52,876 bases of DNA from an uncultured archaeon (GTDB taxonomy: Archaea; Nanohalarchaeota; Nanosalinia; Nanosalinales; Nanosalinaceae), in contig CAYQYU010000007.1 in assembly GCA_964421955.1 (NCBI GenBank), positions 1 to 52,876 of the forward strand, read 5' to 3'. Numbering within the stretch: position 1 is the first letter of the stretch; every line of letters begins with the position of its first letter. The notes beneath the pieces are model-generated. The model made no database searches. It was given only the letters and a program-made list of their open reading frames with translations, and was not told the DNA's origin. The translations under genes and the position numbers were made by a program. Shown here piece after piece: positions 1-9,068 of this stretch.

Positions 1-99
1 AAAACACGAAAAATCGGTGGAGAGAGTCTTTTACGACAACTTCGGAAACCCTTGAAAACCCGAAGTTGCACTTAAAAGCACTCAATATAACACCGTTAT

Positions 100-696
100 A
101 TGACACAGCGAAACAAACGAGTCCTCACAGAACAAGAAGCAAACCAACTAATAATCTCGGCAGAATCAGACCGAGACCTAATGCTGATCAAAACAACTCT
201 CTATTACGGTCTCAGGAACAGCGAAGCGGTGAAATTACAGAGAAAACACATAGACCTTGAGAAAAACCAGATCAAAATAATGGACGGAAAAGGCAACAAA
301 GACAGGATCGTTCCAACACCCTCCGATCTTCAGAACGATCTTGAGTTCTACACTAAAGTTATGAGTTATAACGACTACCTCTTCCCAAGCAGAAGGAGAA
401 ACAAACACCTATCACCCAGAGCCTTCGAGATGAAAGTTAGAAAATATGCTCTGAAATCAGATTTGTATCCACAAGGAATCACAGCCGACAACTTGACAGA
501 GGAAATACCGTATGCCGAGAGAATTGTTCCGCACAGCCTACGCCATACCTATGCTACAAGACTTCTACGGGCAGGAGAACCTATGGCAAAAGTAAGCAGG
601 TTACTAGGACACGAATCCGTCAAAACCACAGTAGACATATACGGACACCTAAACATAGAAGACCTACGACAAACAGCCGAGAAAGTCACTCTCTGA
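100..696 (+). CDS. Short tyrosine recombinase (Xer-like catalytic domain)
   Basis: Catalytic set GLRNSE (R), GKGNKDR (K), HSLRH (HxxR), LLGH, DIYGH (Y); 198 aa with no N-terminal core-binding domain. Confidence 0.92.
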   Translation: MTQRNKRVLTEQEANQLIISAESDRDLMLIKTTLYYGLRNSEAVKLQRKHIDLEKNQIKIMDGKGNKDRIVPTPSDLQNDLEFYTKVMSYNDYLFPSRRRNKHLSPRAFEMKVRKYALKSDLYPQGITADNLTEEIPYAERIVPHSLRHTYATRLLRAGEPMAKVSRLLGHESVKTTVDIYGHLNIEDLRQTAEKVTL

Positions 697-756
697 TTTC
701 GTATCTGGGAAATCTAAACAGGAAAACTTTTTTTTTAGGTATGAGAGAATCGATAT

Positions 757-1776
757 ATGGCAGAGCCAGAGGAACAGATCGAACAAGATGAAAAGATAGT
801 TGAATCAGACGAAGAAGAAGTAGAGCAGGGAATTGAGGAAGTCCGAGAAATTGAACAAGATGTAGAGGAAAAAGAGCAGTCTATCGAACAGCAAGAACAA
901 AGCGGTGTCGATCCTGAAAAAGAAGCAGAAGAGGAAGAAGTAGTAATAAGAGAAGAAAAGAAAGCGGCAGATATTATTGGAAAGCTTTTAGAGGAAATCC
1001 ATGAAGAATTAGAGGCTGAAATGGATGAAGAAGGGCATATTAAGGAAGAGGAAAGAGCGGCTTTGAATGAATTTCAGGATGCATACAACAAATTGTATAA
1101 TATTGAGCAGCATTGGGAAGCGGCACTTGAAAAGAAAAATTTCTCAGAAATAAACAAACAAGATTTACAGCAGATAGAACAGATAATAAACGAAATTAAA
1201 GACGCAACTGCACAGGAACACCGTGCAGCCCACTACCTATACCGATTATGGCAAGAAGTAAAGGAAACTCAGGAAGAAGAGAAGAAGATAAAGAAGGAAT
1301 TAGATGAACTCGAACTTGAGACTCAACATTCTGTTAAGGAAACACAGGTAGGATTCAAACTAGCTCAACAGAGTCACGATAAAAAGGCTGCACAGGAAGA
1401 TAAACAGGAGAAACAGCAAGAAAAATCCCTGATGAATGAGGAAAAGAAAGAGGAACAGATGCTTCAAGAAGTTAAGAACGAATTAAAGAGAGTGGAAGGA
1501 AATTTGAAAGAGGAATTGAAGGATAATGAAAAAGTCCAAGAAATGTATGAGAAAGATTTACAGATAATGGAAACTTTAGATGAGGAACTTCAAGCTCTCG
1601 AACAACATTTTGAAGGACGGAACAGAGAGTTCACTCAACTTATTGATTCGGTAAGAACCGATCTTGAGGAATGTATTCAAAATACAGAAGGAGCAATAGA
1701 GAAAGACGAAGAAATGGTAAAAGAGATGGAAAATGGCGGGTCAAGTAGCGGAATAATATCAAGAATACTAGGTTAG
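757..1776 (+). CDS. Acidic E/Q-rich coiled-coil protein with amphipathic C-terminal helix
   Basis: 339 aa helical E/K/Q-rich ORF ending GIISRILG. Confidence 0.85.
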   Translation: MAEPEEQIEQDEKIVESDEEEVEQGIEEVREIEQDVEEKEQSIEQQEQSGVDPEKEAEEEEVVIREEKKAADIIGKLLEEIHEELEAEMDEEGHIKEEERAALNEFQDAYNKLYNIEQHWEAALEKKNFSEINKQDLQQIEQIINEIKDATAQEHRAAHYLYRLWQEVKETQEEEKKIKKELDELELETQHSVKETQVGFKLAQQSHDKKAAQEDKQEKQQEKSLMNEEKKEEQMLQEVKNELKRVEGNLKEELKDNEKVQEMYEKDLQIMETLDEELQALEQHFEGRNREFTQLIDSVRTDLEECIQNTEGAIEKDEEMVKEMENGGSSSGIISRILG

Positions 1777-1787
1777 GGGGTATTTCG

Positions 1788-1955
1788 ATGAAAAAATTCA
1801 TGGAATATGGTATTGGTCTGGTTTTACTAGCAATAATAATTCCAGAACTTATGAACTCTTTAGGTCTGGGATACGGCATATCTGAATCTTTAGAGAAACT
1901 AAAGATTCTAGGTCTTTTACTCATAGGAGTAGCTATATATCAAGAAGTTAGGTGA
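1788..1955 (+). CDS. 55-aa two-TM membrane protein (not in ORF track)
   Basis: Hand translation MKKFMEYGIGLVLLAIIIPELMNSLGLGYGISESLEKLKILGLLLIGVAIYQEVR; starts 11 bp after the previous stop, preceded by GGGGG SD-like motif. Confidence 0.7.
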   Translation: MKKFMEYGIGLVLLAIIIPELMNSLGLGYGISESLEKLKILGLLLIGVAIYQEVR

Positions 1956-1969
1956 AACAGAAGAGGCTA

Positions 1970-3235
1970 TTACGCCTCTTCCTCCGTTTTGTCGACTATC
2001 TCCTGTGCTATGCCTTCGTCTTCAAGTTTCTCCCAGACTATTTCTCTGGCTCTGGCAACAGGTTCTTTGAGTTCCTTGACTTCTTTGATCTCAAGCAGTC
2101 CATTACACTCATAACAACGGTCTCTGTATCCTGCGTTGGTCTGTCCGCAGTCCTGACATTCCAGAGGCAACAGGTCGTGACTCTCTTTGTCTTCCGGATT
2201 TTCTTCTCCGTATGCCTGTCCATAGGCGTTGTTGCTGTCGGAGTCGTCTAATCTTGTGTAGACTCTGGTAACTCGACTACCTTGCACATGACCTACTCTC
2301 TTGTCTACATGAGATTCTTTGATATCAAGGTTCGACTTCATGTAGCTGATTCTCGCCTTCCTGATAGAGTGCGTGTTAACTTTCTTATCCAGCCCTGCTA
2401 TCTTCTTTGCCTGTTTTAGCTTGTCTGCGAAGTGTGAATAACTTGCGGGGGTCTGAGCCAATTCGTTTTCACCCTTATCTCCCTCGAAATCCTTGACTCG
2501 GCAGAAGAGATATGCGTCTGGATCGTCCGGATTTGGATGTTCTTCTTCCAGCCACCGATCTATAGATGGCGAAGCTACTTTTACACGACATTTTCTTCTG
2601 CCCGACTTTGGACCGTCTCTAATCTGCATCGGGTTGACTCTGACATAGATATACGCCTTGCCGTTCTCCTTGTGGTAGTCCTTGACTCTGGTTCTCAGAG
2701 TTTCGTTGATTCTTGTGCCTAAATCCCAATGCGTTAGTAGGAGACTTCGGTAACGAAGTGACAAATTCTGGCAGAGATACTTGATATCCTCTGACTTGAC
2801 CAACTTGCTTGGGTTGGTTCTATCCTTCGCATCTTCGCTGACAGTCAATTTCACGAAGGATGCTTTGTCTGGAATCTTCTCTGTCTCCGTAGTTCCATAC
2901 TCTGAGAACTTAGCATAGAGACGAAGGAATTTCCTGTATTCCTTCTTGGTTTCCTGTGCGTAGTCTCCGCTGTAGTAGGCAGAGTTGTCTATCTGCCTGT
3001 CGATCTTCCTGATCTGTTCTTCTGTAGCTTCCTTGAGTCGGAAGTTATTCTCTTCATATTCCAGAACCTGTTTCGCTGACTGAAGGTAACGATCTCTTCT
3101 GGACTTGCTGAGCTTCCTGTCCTCAAGGTCTCTATGAAACTCTTGAACATCTTTCTTGTTCTGCTCTGAGATTTTATCAGATTCTAAAATGTTGTCTAAA
3201 CGCTTCTGTGGGTTGTAGCTGTGAATGTTTGTCAT
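1970..3235 (-). CDS. Site-specific integrase (tyrosine recombinase) with C-terminal Zn ribbon
   Basis: GTRINE (R), HSIRK, RVGH, TRVYT (Y); CQDC...CYEC. Start moved to MTNIHS because the longer ORF runs through the tRNA. Confidence 0.9.
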   Translation of the reverse strand: MTNIHSYNPQKRLDNILESDKISEQNKKDVQEFHRDLEDRKLSKSRRDRYLQSAKQVLEYEENNFRLKEATEEQIRKIDRQIDNSAYYSGDYAQETKKEYRKFLRLYAKFSEYGTTETEKIPDKASFVKLTVSEDAKDRTNPSKLVKSEDIKYLCQNLSLRYRSLLLTHWDLGTRINETLRTRVKDYHKENGKAYIYVRVNPMQIRDGPKSGRRKCRVKVASPSIDRWLEEEHPNPDDPDAYLFCRVKDFEGDKGENELAQTPASYSHFADKLKQAKKIAGLDKKVNTHSIRKARISYMKSNLDIKESHVDKRVGHVQGSRVTRVYTRLDDSDSNNAYGQAYGEENPEDKESHDLLPLECQDCGQTNAGYRDRCYECNGLLEIKEVKELKEPVARAREIVWEKLEDEGIAQEIVDKTEEEA

Positions 3236-3299
3236 AATTTCCCGTTGTTCCCAATCCTCTTTTAAAGAGGCGTATACGGGATATGAGAAGTTAGAAACT

Positions 3300-3450
3300 C
3301 GCCCCCTCAGGGATTTGAACCCTGGATCTGCACCTATTTGTCGTTGGAGCTCTGCTCGGAGCGGTTCCGTCAGGAACCCGGATATTGCGTGTCGAACTGA
3401 GCGTAACCAGTCGGCCGCAAGGTGCCGTCTTTCCACTAGACCAAGGGGGC
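3300..3450 (-). tRNA. tRNA-Arg(GCG) with 79-nt intron at 37/38 (intron 3336-3414)
   Basis: Acceptor GCCCCCT/AGGGGGC+G, D arm GTCT-AGTGGAA-AGAC, anticodon stem GCACC/GGTGC with loop TTGCGG|A, T arm CAGGG-TTCAAAT-CCCTG; A20 and G73 fit Arg. Confidence 0.88.
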
Positions 3451-3534
3451 CTATGAGTGGTTAGGCGGCGGCGAGTTTTAAAAATCGAGTTCGGGCTGAG
3501 AGGGTTTTTAATTCTTGGTTTACTGAGGAACGGT

Positions 3535-3699
3535 ATGGAGAAAGAAGAATGCACCAGCTGCGGCCGGAACCTGAACGCGGCAGACACCTTTGTGGAGTTC
3601 AGCTGCCCGGAATGCGGTGAAACCGTTGCCCGCTGCGGTAGATGCAAGAAGCTTGCCCGCGAGTATGAATGCCCGGAATGCGGTTTCACAGGGCCCTAA
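3535..3699 (+). CDS. Zn-ribbon protein, DUF1610/HVO_2753 family
   Basis: CTSC, FSCPECG, RCGRCK, YECPECGFTGP; conserved position upstream of aEF-1beta. Confidence 0.9.
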   Translation: MEKEECTSCGRNLNAADTFVEFSCPECGETVARCGRCKKLAREYECPECGFTGP

Positions 3700-3844
3700 A
3701 GTTTTTACATCCAGATATTCTGATGTTTAATGGTGGACTACTATGGATCTCGTTAGAAAGATCAAGAAAGCGCTGGGACTGGAGTAGTTACTGGTCCTGT
3801 TATAACTTTTTCTTTTCTATCCTCTTCCAGAGGAAGATACTTCT

Positions 3845-4099
3845 ATGGGAAAGATCGCGGTAGTCCTGAGAATCATGCCAGAAGATGCTGAAACCGACCT
3901 AGACGAAATAGAGGAAGGCGTAAGAGACCGTATAGATGTTGACGAGGTCCAGAGGGATGAGGTCGCGTTCGGCCTCCAGGCGCTGATGGTCTCCACGATG
4001 ACAACCGACGAGGAAGGAGGAACAGACTACCTGGAGAACCAGCTCGAAGACCTGGAAGGCGTCCAGAGCATCGAGGTAGAGAAGTTCAACAAGATCTGA
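3845..4099 (+). CDS. ef1b: Translation elongation factor aEF-1beta
   Basis: MGKIAVVLRIMPE...VAFGLQAL...GGTD signature. Confidence 0.93.
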   Translation: MGKIAVVLRIMPEDAETDLDEIEEGVRDRIDVDEVQRDEVAFGLQALMVSTMTTDEEGGTDYLENQLEDLEGVQSIEVEKFNKI

Positions 4100-4105
4100 T
4101 ATCGC

Positions 4106-4867
4106 TCAGGAACATATGAGAGGTAAAGCACCACCGCACCTGAAGCCTCCATAATCCAGCCGGTATCCAGAGTACTCAATCAGGAAATCCCTCCTGAACT
4201 CCCGATCATTCATCTCTCCGAGTTCAAAGTAAACTCCATTGATCCGGAAAAGGTAGTTATCCAGGCCTGTCCTGTTCATAGGCTCCAAGTAGTAGCCAGT
4301 GAAGTTTTTCTGGCTGAAAACAATTCCTTCCGTCTCGGCTGACGGCGTCGTGTTGTAAGTCTGGTTGTTTATCCTAAACCTCCTGGTTTTAACACTTCCT
4401 GCCGAGGCAGGAGCAAGTTTGTCGTCAAGAAATCTGTCGATGAAGTTTCGGTTCTGGGTTTCAGCGAGCGAGAAATCAGGGTAAAGTTCTTCGGATCTAT
4501 AGATATGCATACGGGAAACTTCGGGCTTCTCCTGGGCCCTGTACTTGACCACCAGGAAGGTACCGTTGCTTTCAATGTAGGACCGGTTCTCCAACACATG
4601 TTCGCCACTACTCCAGTTCCCCTCGTAGTCGTAATGGCCTACTTCCCACTCAATAGAATCAGTAAAGTAAGTGCTCTCTATCCCAGTACCGGTACCTGCG
4701 TCCACCTCGTTTCTCTCATAGATCATATAGTCATCTAACTTCTGGACGAAACCCTCGTGGATCACGCCATAGACGAAACCGATATTGAAGGAGATCAACA
4801 CGAGAAAGACAGCAGATACAAGCAGAACAACTCTTTTGTGGTTCCTATAGAGACTAGGAGCATCCAT
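4106..4867 (-). CDS. Hypothetical N-terminally anchored extracellular protein
   Basis: Single N-terminal hydrophobic helix, several NxS/T sequons. Confidence 0.65.
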   Translation of the reverse strand: MDAPSLYRNHKRVVLLVSAVFLVLISFNIGFVYGVIHEGFVQKLDDYMIYERNEVDAGTGTGIESTYFTDSIEWEVGHYDYEGNWSSGEHVLENRSYIESNGTFLVVKYRAQEKPEVSRMHIYRSEELYPDFSLAETQNRNFIDRFLDDKLAPASAGSVKTRRFRINNQTYNTTPSAETEGIVFSQKNFTGYYLEPMNRTGLDNYLFRINGVYFELGEMNDREFRRDFLIEYSGYRLDYGGFRCGGALPLICS

Positions 4868-4897
4868 AGATCTTTATTTTCCGGGACCAATTAAATA

Positions 4898-5044
4898 TCA
4901 CTCGAAAGTCGTTTCCCCGCCTCCGCAGACCTCACAGCCGTAATCTCTCTTGTGTTCGGCGCAGACCTGCGAGCCACAGACCTCGCAGGTAGTTACCGCG
5001 GGACGTTCATTACAGTACTCGCACAGTTTCTCGAGCTGCACCAT
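4898..5044 (-). CDS. 48-aa zinc-finger protein (not in ORF track)
   Basis: Hand translation MVQLEKLCEYCNERPAVTTCEVCGSQVCAEHKRDYGCEVCGGGETTFE; three CxxC plus CxxH. Confidence 0.8.
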   Translation of the reverse strand: MVQLEKLCEYCNERPAVTTCEVCGSQVCAEHKRDYGCEVCGGGETTFE

Positions 5045-5081
5045 AGTATTTGTTTAAAGTTCGCGCTGTAAATCCCTTTGC

Positions 5082-6116
5082 ATGGGAGTCGATCTTGGAG
5101 AGCTCGTGGAACCCGAGAAGATAAGTTTTGCAGACCTCAACGACAAAGAGCTCGCAATCGATGCGATGAACACATTATACCAGTTCCTGTCGATCATCAG
5201 GCAGCGCGATGGAACGCCGCTGAAAGACTCCTCGGGAAACATTACCTCCCACCTGTCGGGAGTCTTCTACAGGAATATCAACCTTCTCGAAAACAACATC
5301 CGGCCGGTATACGTCTTTGACGGCGAAACTCCTGATCTGAAGGAAAAGGAATCGAGCCGGAGAAGGAAGAAGAGGGAAGAGGCCCGGGAAGAATGGAAGA
5401 AACTGCGCGAGGAGGGCAAGGTTGACGAGGCCTTCACCAAGGCCACACAGAGCTCGAAGCTCGACGGGGAGATGATAAAGGATGCGAAAAGATTGCTCGA
5501 GGCGATGGGTTTACCGTACATTAATGCGAGGAGCGAGGGCGAGGCCCAGGCCGCACACATGACCTCGGGAAGCTACCCGGGCGATATTTACGCGGTCGGT
5601 TCCCAGGACTGGGACTGTTTACTCTTCGGCGCAGAGAGGATGGTGAGAAACCTCACCACAAGAAAGACCAGGAAGACCTCTGGCGGCGGAGAGAAGAAGG
5701 TTTCCGTCGAGAGAATTGAGCTTGAGTCGGTTCTCAACCAGCTAGAAATCTCGCGGGAAAAATTGGTCTGGATGGGCGTCCTGATGGGTACCGACTTCAA
5801 CCCGGACGGTGTAAAAGGAGTCGGGCCGAAGACCGGTCTGAAGCTCGTGAAAGAATACGACAGCTTTGACTCACTTCTCAAGGATAAGAAACTGGAGGAA
5901 TGGGAACCCGAAAACGATCCCGGAACTATCCGGGAATTCTTCCTCGATCCCCCGATCGCTGAGATAGAATATAGCTTTGAGAACCCGGATACTGACAGGA
6001 TAAGACAGATACTTGTGGAAGAACATGATTTCTCGCAGAAGAGGGTAGACTCCGGTATAGAGAAGCTTCAGACCGCTATGGAGTCCCGCCAGTCAGGGCT
6101 CGAGAGCTTTACCTGA
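5082..6116 (+). CDS. fen: Flap endonuclease 1
   Basis: AIDAMNTLYQFLSIIRQ, SEGEAQAA, GTDFNP, C-terminal PIP box QSGLESF. Confidence 0.97.
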   Translation: MGVDLGELVEPEKISFADLNDKELAIDAMNTLYQFLSIIRQRDGTPLKDSSGNITSHLSGVFYRNINLLENNIRPVYVFDGETPDLKEKESSRRRKKREEAREEWKKLREEGKVDEAFTKATQSSKLDGEMIKDAKRLLEAMGLPYINARSEGEAQAAHMTSGSYPGDIYAVGSQDWDCLLFGAERMVRNLTTRKTRKTSGGGEKKVSVERIELESVLNQLEISREKLVWMGVLMGTDFNPDGVKGVGPKTGLKLVKEYDSFDSLLKDKKLEEWEPENDPGTIREFFLDPPIAEIEYSFENPDTDRIRQILVEEHDFSQKRVDSGIEKLQTAMESRQSGLESFT

Positions 6117-6118
6117 TG

Positions 6119-7363
6119 CTATTCCCTGGACTCTCGAAGCTCCTGTAGAACGAGCTTTGTGATCTCGCCGATCTCAAGGTAGCCCTCGCGGAGGTTGTCT
6201 ATCTCCTGCTGCTGCCTGTCGAGCTCATCTATAATGGTCTCTATGTCATCGCTAGAACCGAGTTCATCAACTCTCCTTTCGAGTTCTTCCAGCCTCTCGT
6301 CGTCCTGGTCCCGGGAAGGTGATTCAGCGATTCTCTCGAGATTCCTGTTTATATGTTCAAGAGTCTCGGTCGAGTCCGATTTCAGGTCCTCATATTCCTC
6401 TCGGGACAGGAGCTTCAGCTGCGCCAGATCGTCAAAGTCGTTGAAAAGCCACTTGAAGTCGGAGACGATAGCCTTCAGCTCATCCAGTTCCTCCCGGAAC
6501 TCTTCCTCGCCCCCTTCATCAACCTGGACCTGGAGCTCTCCCAGCCGCTGGTTCAGGTTGGCTATATCCGACCGGAGTTCAGTTACCTCCGATCTCAGGC
6601 TCTCGACCTCCTCAGTCGCGGCATCCGCACCCGAAAGCTCGTCAATCCGGGACTCAATTTCCTCGAACTGCTCGGAGAAGTTGTTGCGTATATCTTTTAC
6701 CAGGTCAGACTTTTCGGCCAGCCTGTCCTTGACCTCTTCAAGGTCTTCCTCAAGGTGCTGGAGTCTCTCACTTTCCTCCATATCCTCGAGCCTCTCGTGG
6801 AGATCCTCCATCCTGTCCTGGAGGTCATCCTCGATCTCGTCAACCCTCTGCTCAAGGCCAGGATCGATTTCCGGGGCTTCCTCAAGATCTTCAAGGTTCT
6901 CGATCTGGGAGGATACGTCTTCAAGCTCCTCACGCAGCGATTCGACCTCGCGGTCTTCGAGTTCAGAAACTCTTTCCTCTATCTCCCGGCCGCTCAGCTC
7001 CTCAAATCTTTCCTCCAGCTCTTCAAGCCGTTCTTCGAGATCGTCAAGGTCCTCGACGGAACTCTCGTATTCTTCGTATTCCGGGGAGACTTCTTCCCCA
7101 GGTTCCTCATCTTCGGCAGAGTCTTCCTCGGGTTCTTCAGCACCTGTTTTCTCGGTGTCAACCTCCTCTGTTTCAGACTCATCTTCTTCAGCATCGAAAA
7201 GCTCTTCCTGCTCTTCTCCAGAGAGATCTTCCTCTGGCTCTTCGTCGTAATCTACCTCTTCCTCAAACGGGTCATCTTCACCGTCATCGTCTCCGAAAAG
7301 AACATCCTGTTTAGAATCTTCCTCTTCATCCTCGTCTTCCCCGAATATAACATCGTCTGCCAT
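6119..7363 (-). CDS. Highly acidic coiled-coil protein
   Basis: Disordered D/E-rich N-terminus followed by heptad repeats. Confidence 0.8.
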   Translation of the reverse strand: MADDVIFGEDEDEEEDSKQDVLFGDDDGEDDPFEEEVDYDEEPEEDLSGEEQEELFDAEEDESETEEVDTEKTGAEEPEEDSAEDEEPGEEVSPEYEEYESSVEDLDDLEERLEELEERFEELSGREIEERVSELEDREVESLREELEDVSSQIENLEDLEEAPEIDPGLEQRVDEIEDDLQDRMEDLHERLEDMEESERLQHLEEDLEEVKDRLAEKSDLVKDIRNNFSEQFEEIESRIDELSGADAATEEVESLRSEVTELRSDIANLNQRLGELQVQVDEGGEEEFREELDELKAIVSDFKWLFNDFDDLAQLKLLSREEYEDLKSDSTETLEHINRNLERIAESPSRDQDDERLEELERRVDELGSSDDIETIIDELDRQQQEIDNLREGYLEIGEITKLVLQELRESRE

Positions 7364-7406
7364 CAGATTTCACTTAATACTCAGAAGTACTCAAAATGTT
7401 AAAACT

Positions 7407-8993
7407 CTACTGGTGCATCGCCTGCTTTACAAGCTCTGAGAGCTCCACAAGCTGGGAGAGAAGCTCCTCGACCTCTTCCTCGTTATCATGTATGCGGTCT
7501 TCGATACCCGCGAATTCGCGATCAAACGCCTCCCAGAGCGTTTCCACCTTGTCGTCAAGCTCCCCGAGATCTTCCCGGTCCCTGAACTCCTCTACCGCGT
7601 CCTTCAGTTCGTCAACTGTCTCGACCAGTTCCTCCTGCTGGCGGGATATCCTTTCAACCTCTGCCTCAAGCTTTGAATCGCTCTTCTCAAGTTCATTGAT
7701 CTCCTTCGACATGCCCTCGTCAACCAGGTTCTCCAGGTGGTTCTCCGGCTTCATGAGTGCATCTTCGAGTTCGGTCATCCTGTCGTCAAGCTCCTTCGGC
7801 GACTTCAGGCTCTCAACCTTGTCTTCCAGCCGCTCGATCCTCTCCTCAATTCCCTGGTGGCTTTCAAGCTGTTCCACCCAGCTTTCAAGCTCCTCCAGCT
7901 CAATCTGTCCTGCCCTATCCTCTACTATCTTCTCCTCGAGGTCCTTCAATCGTCTCTCAACGGATCCGGTATCGGGATCCTCCTCTGGAGCCGGGTCAAT
8001 AGATCCAGCGCCCCGGTCTTCCGCCGGTTCAGCCGTGTCCACGGTACTCGCGTCCTCGGGCAGCCCCATCGATTCCTGTATTATCTCTCCCTCGAGATTG
8101 TTGCCGGTAATTTCAGACCGGTGCATTTCGGGTTCCGGTTCATCCTGGTCCTCGGCAGTATCTGGTTCCTCCTGTTCCTCCACATTCTCCGGTTCTATTT
8201 CCTCCTCAAGTTCATCCAGGCCCTCGTCTATGACCTCCTCAAGCAGTTCTTCACTGTCATCCTCGGTCTCTGCTGTTTCTGGCACCGGGGTTTCCGTGTG
8301 GATATCGGAGTCCAGATCAAGGTCCTCCCGGGCGGCTTCGTTAACAGGTGAGTCCTCGCGGGGAAGATTTTCGTCTTCTTCAGCTGTTTCGTCCAGTTCA
8401 CCGGTCTTGTCTGACATTCCGAGCTTCGACTTCAGCCAGGAAAATACGGAGCCGGAGGATCCGTCTTCCTCTATTTCGTCCGGAGACTCGGTTTCATCAG
8501 GAATTTTTTCGGAAATCTCGTTTTCAAGCTTCTCCAGTTCATCCACTGGTTCTGCCTCAGAATCTCCAGGCACCATTTCCTCAATATTCTCTCCAGATTC
8601 TTTACCGGCGTATACCAGTATAGTGCCTTTCGTGGCCGAGAACTTCTGCTCCAGCAGCTTTCTTTTCTCAAGGGCCTCGGCCCAGTCCCTGATCCTGTCC
8701 TTGGAGACATCCAGGTCCTTAGAGGTCGTTGATATTGATGCCTCGTCCCTCTCTTTCAGGTAATCCAGAAGCGCGTCTATTCCTGTACTGATCTCGTTAC
8801 CCGTGATATCTGTATCCGGCTCCTCCATTTCAGCGGCCTTCTCTTCTCCCTCGTAGACCATATCTTCCTCTATAGAGTTTACAGTTTTCTCGACTCCCTG
8901 CCCGGGGATGTTGACGGTTACACCGTCTTCCTGTTTCACTTTATCGAGTTCGTCCTTGGCCTTCTGGACGCTTTTCTCGACTGGAGAAGCCAT
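7407..8993 (-). CDS. Acidic coiled-coil protein with winged-helix-like domain
   Basis: TGIDALLDYLKE...DLDVSKDRIRDWAEALEKRKLL wHTH pattern, acidic linker, C-terminal heptads. Confidence 0.75.
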   Translation of the reverse strand: MASPVEKSVQKAKDELDKVKQEDGVTVNIPGQGVEKTVNSIEEDMVYEGEEKAAEMEEPDTDITGNEISTGIDALLDYLKERDEASISTTSKDLDVSKDRIRDWAEALEKRKLLEQKFSATKGTILVYAGKESGENIEEMVPGDSEAEPVDELEKLENEISEKIPDETESPDEIEEDGSSGSVFSWLKSKLGMSDKTGELDETAEEDENLPREDSPVNEAAREDLDLDSDIHTETPVPETAETEDDSEELLEEVIDEGLDELEEEIEPENVEEQEEPDTAEDQDEPEPEMHRSEITGNNLEGEIIQESMGLPEDASTVDTAEPAEDRGAGSIDPAPEEDPDTGSVERRLKDLEEKIVEDRAGQIELEELESWVEQLESHQGIEERIERLEDKVESLKSPKELDDRMTELEDALMKPENHLENLVDEGMSKEINELEKSDSKLEAEVERISRQQEELVETVDELKDAVEEFRDREDLGELDDKVETLWEAFDREFAGIEDRIHDNEEEVEELLSQLVELSELVKQAMHQ

Positions 8994-9068
8994 TATTAAT
9001 TGAATAGTGTTAACGGCTTAATAAAACACTGTACAAGGGTTAAATAGCTCTCAGACCAAGATTCGAGT

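Larger units (their letters stand above)
1..3299. mobile_element. tRNA-targeting integrative element, partial (continues beyond left edge)
   Basis: Integrase starts about 65 bp downstream of the tRNA 3' end; a second tyrosine recombinase is present; visibly more AT-rich than the adjacent chromosome. The second att copy is not in the window. Confidence 0.8.

Noticed and set aside
3236-3436. N-terminal extension of the integrase through the tRNA (SSV-type split integrase)
   Set aside because: The extension reads as tRNA/intron sequence, and an intact integrase begins at 3235
6195-8763. Long plus-strand Ser-rich or Leu/Phe-rich ORFs
   Set aside because: Antisense shadows of Glu/Asp-rich genes; the same applies to similar shadow ORFs across the window
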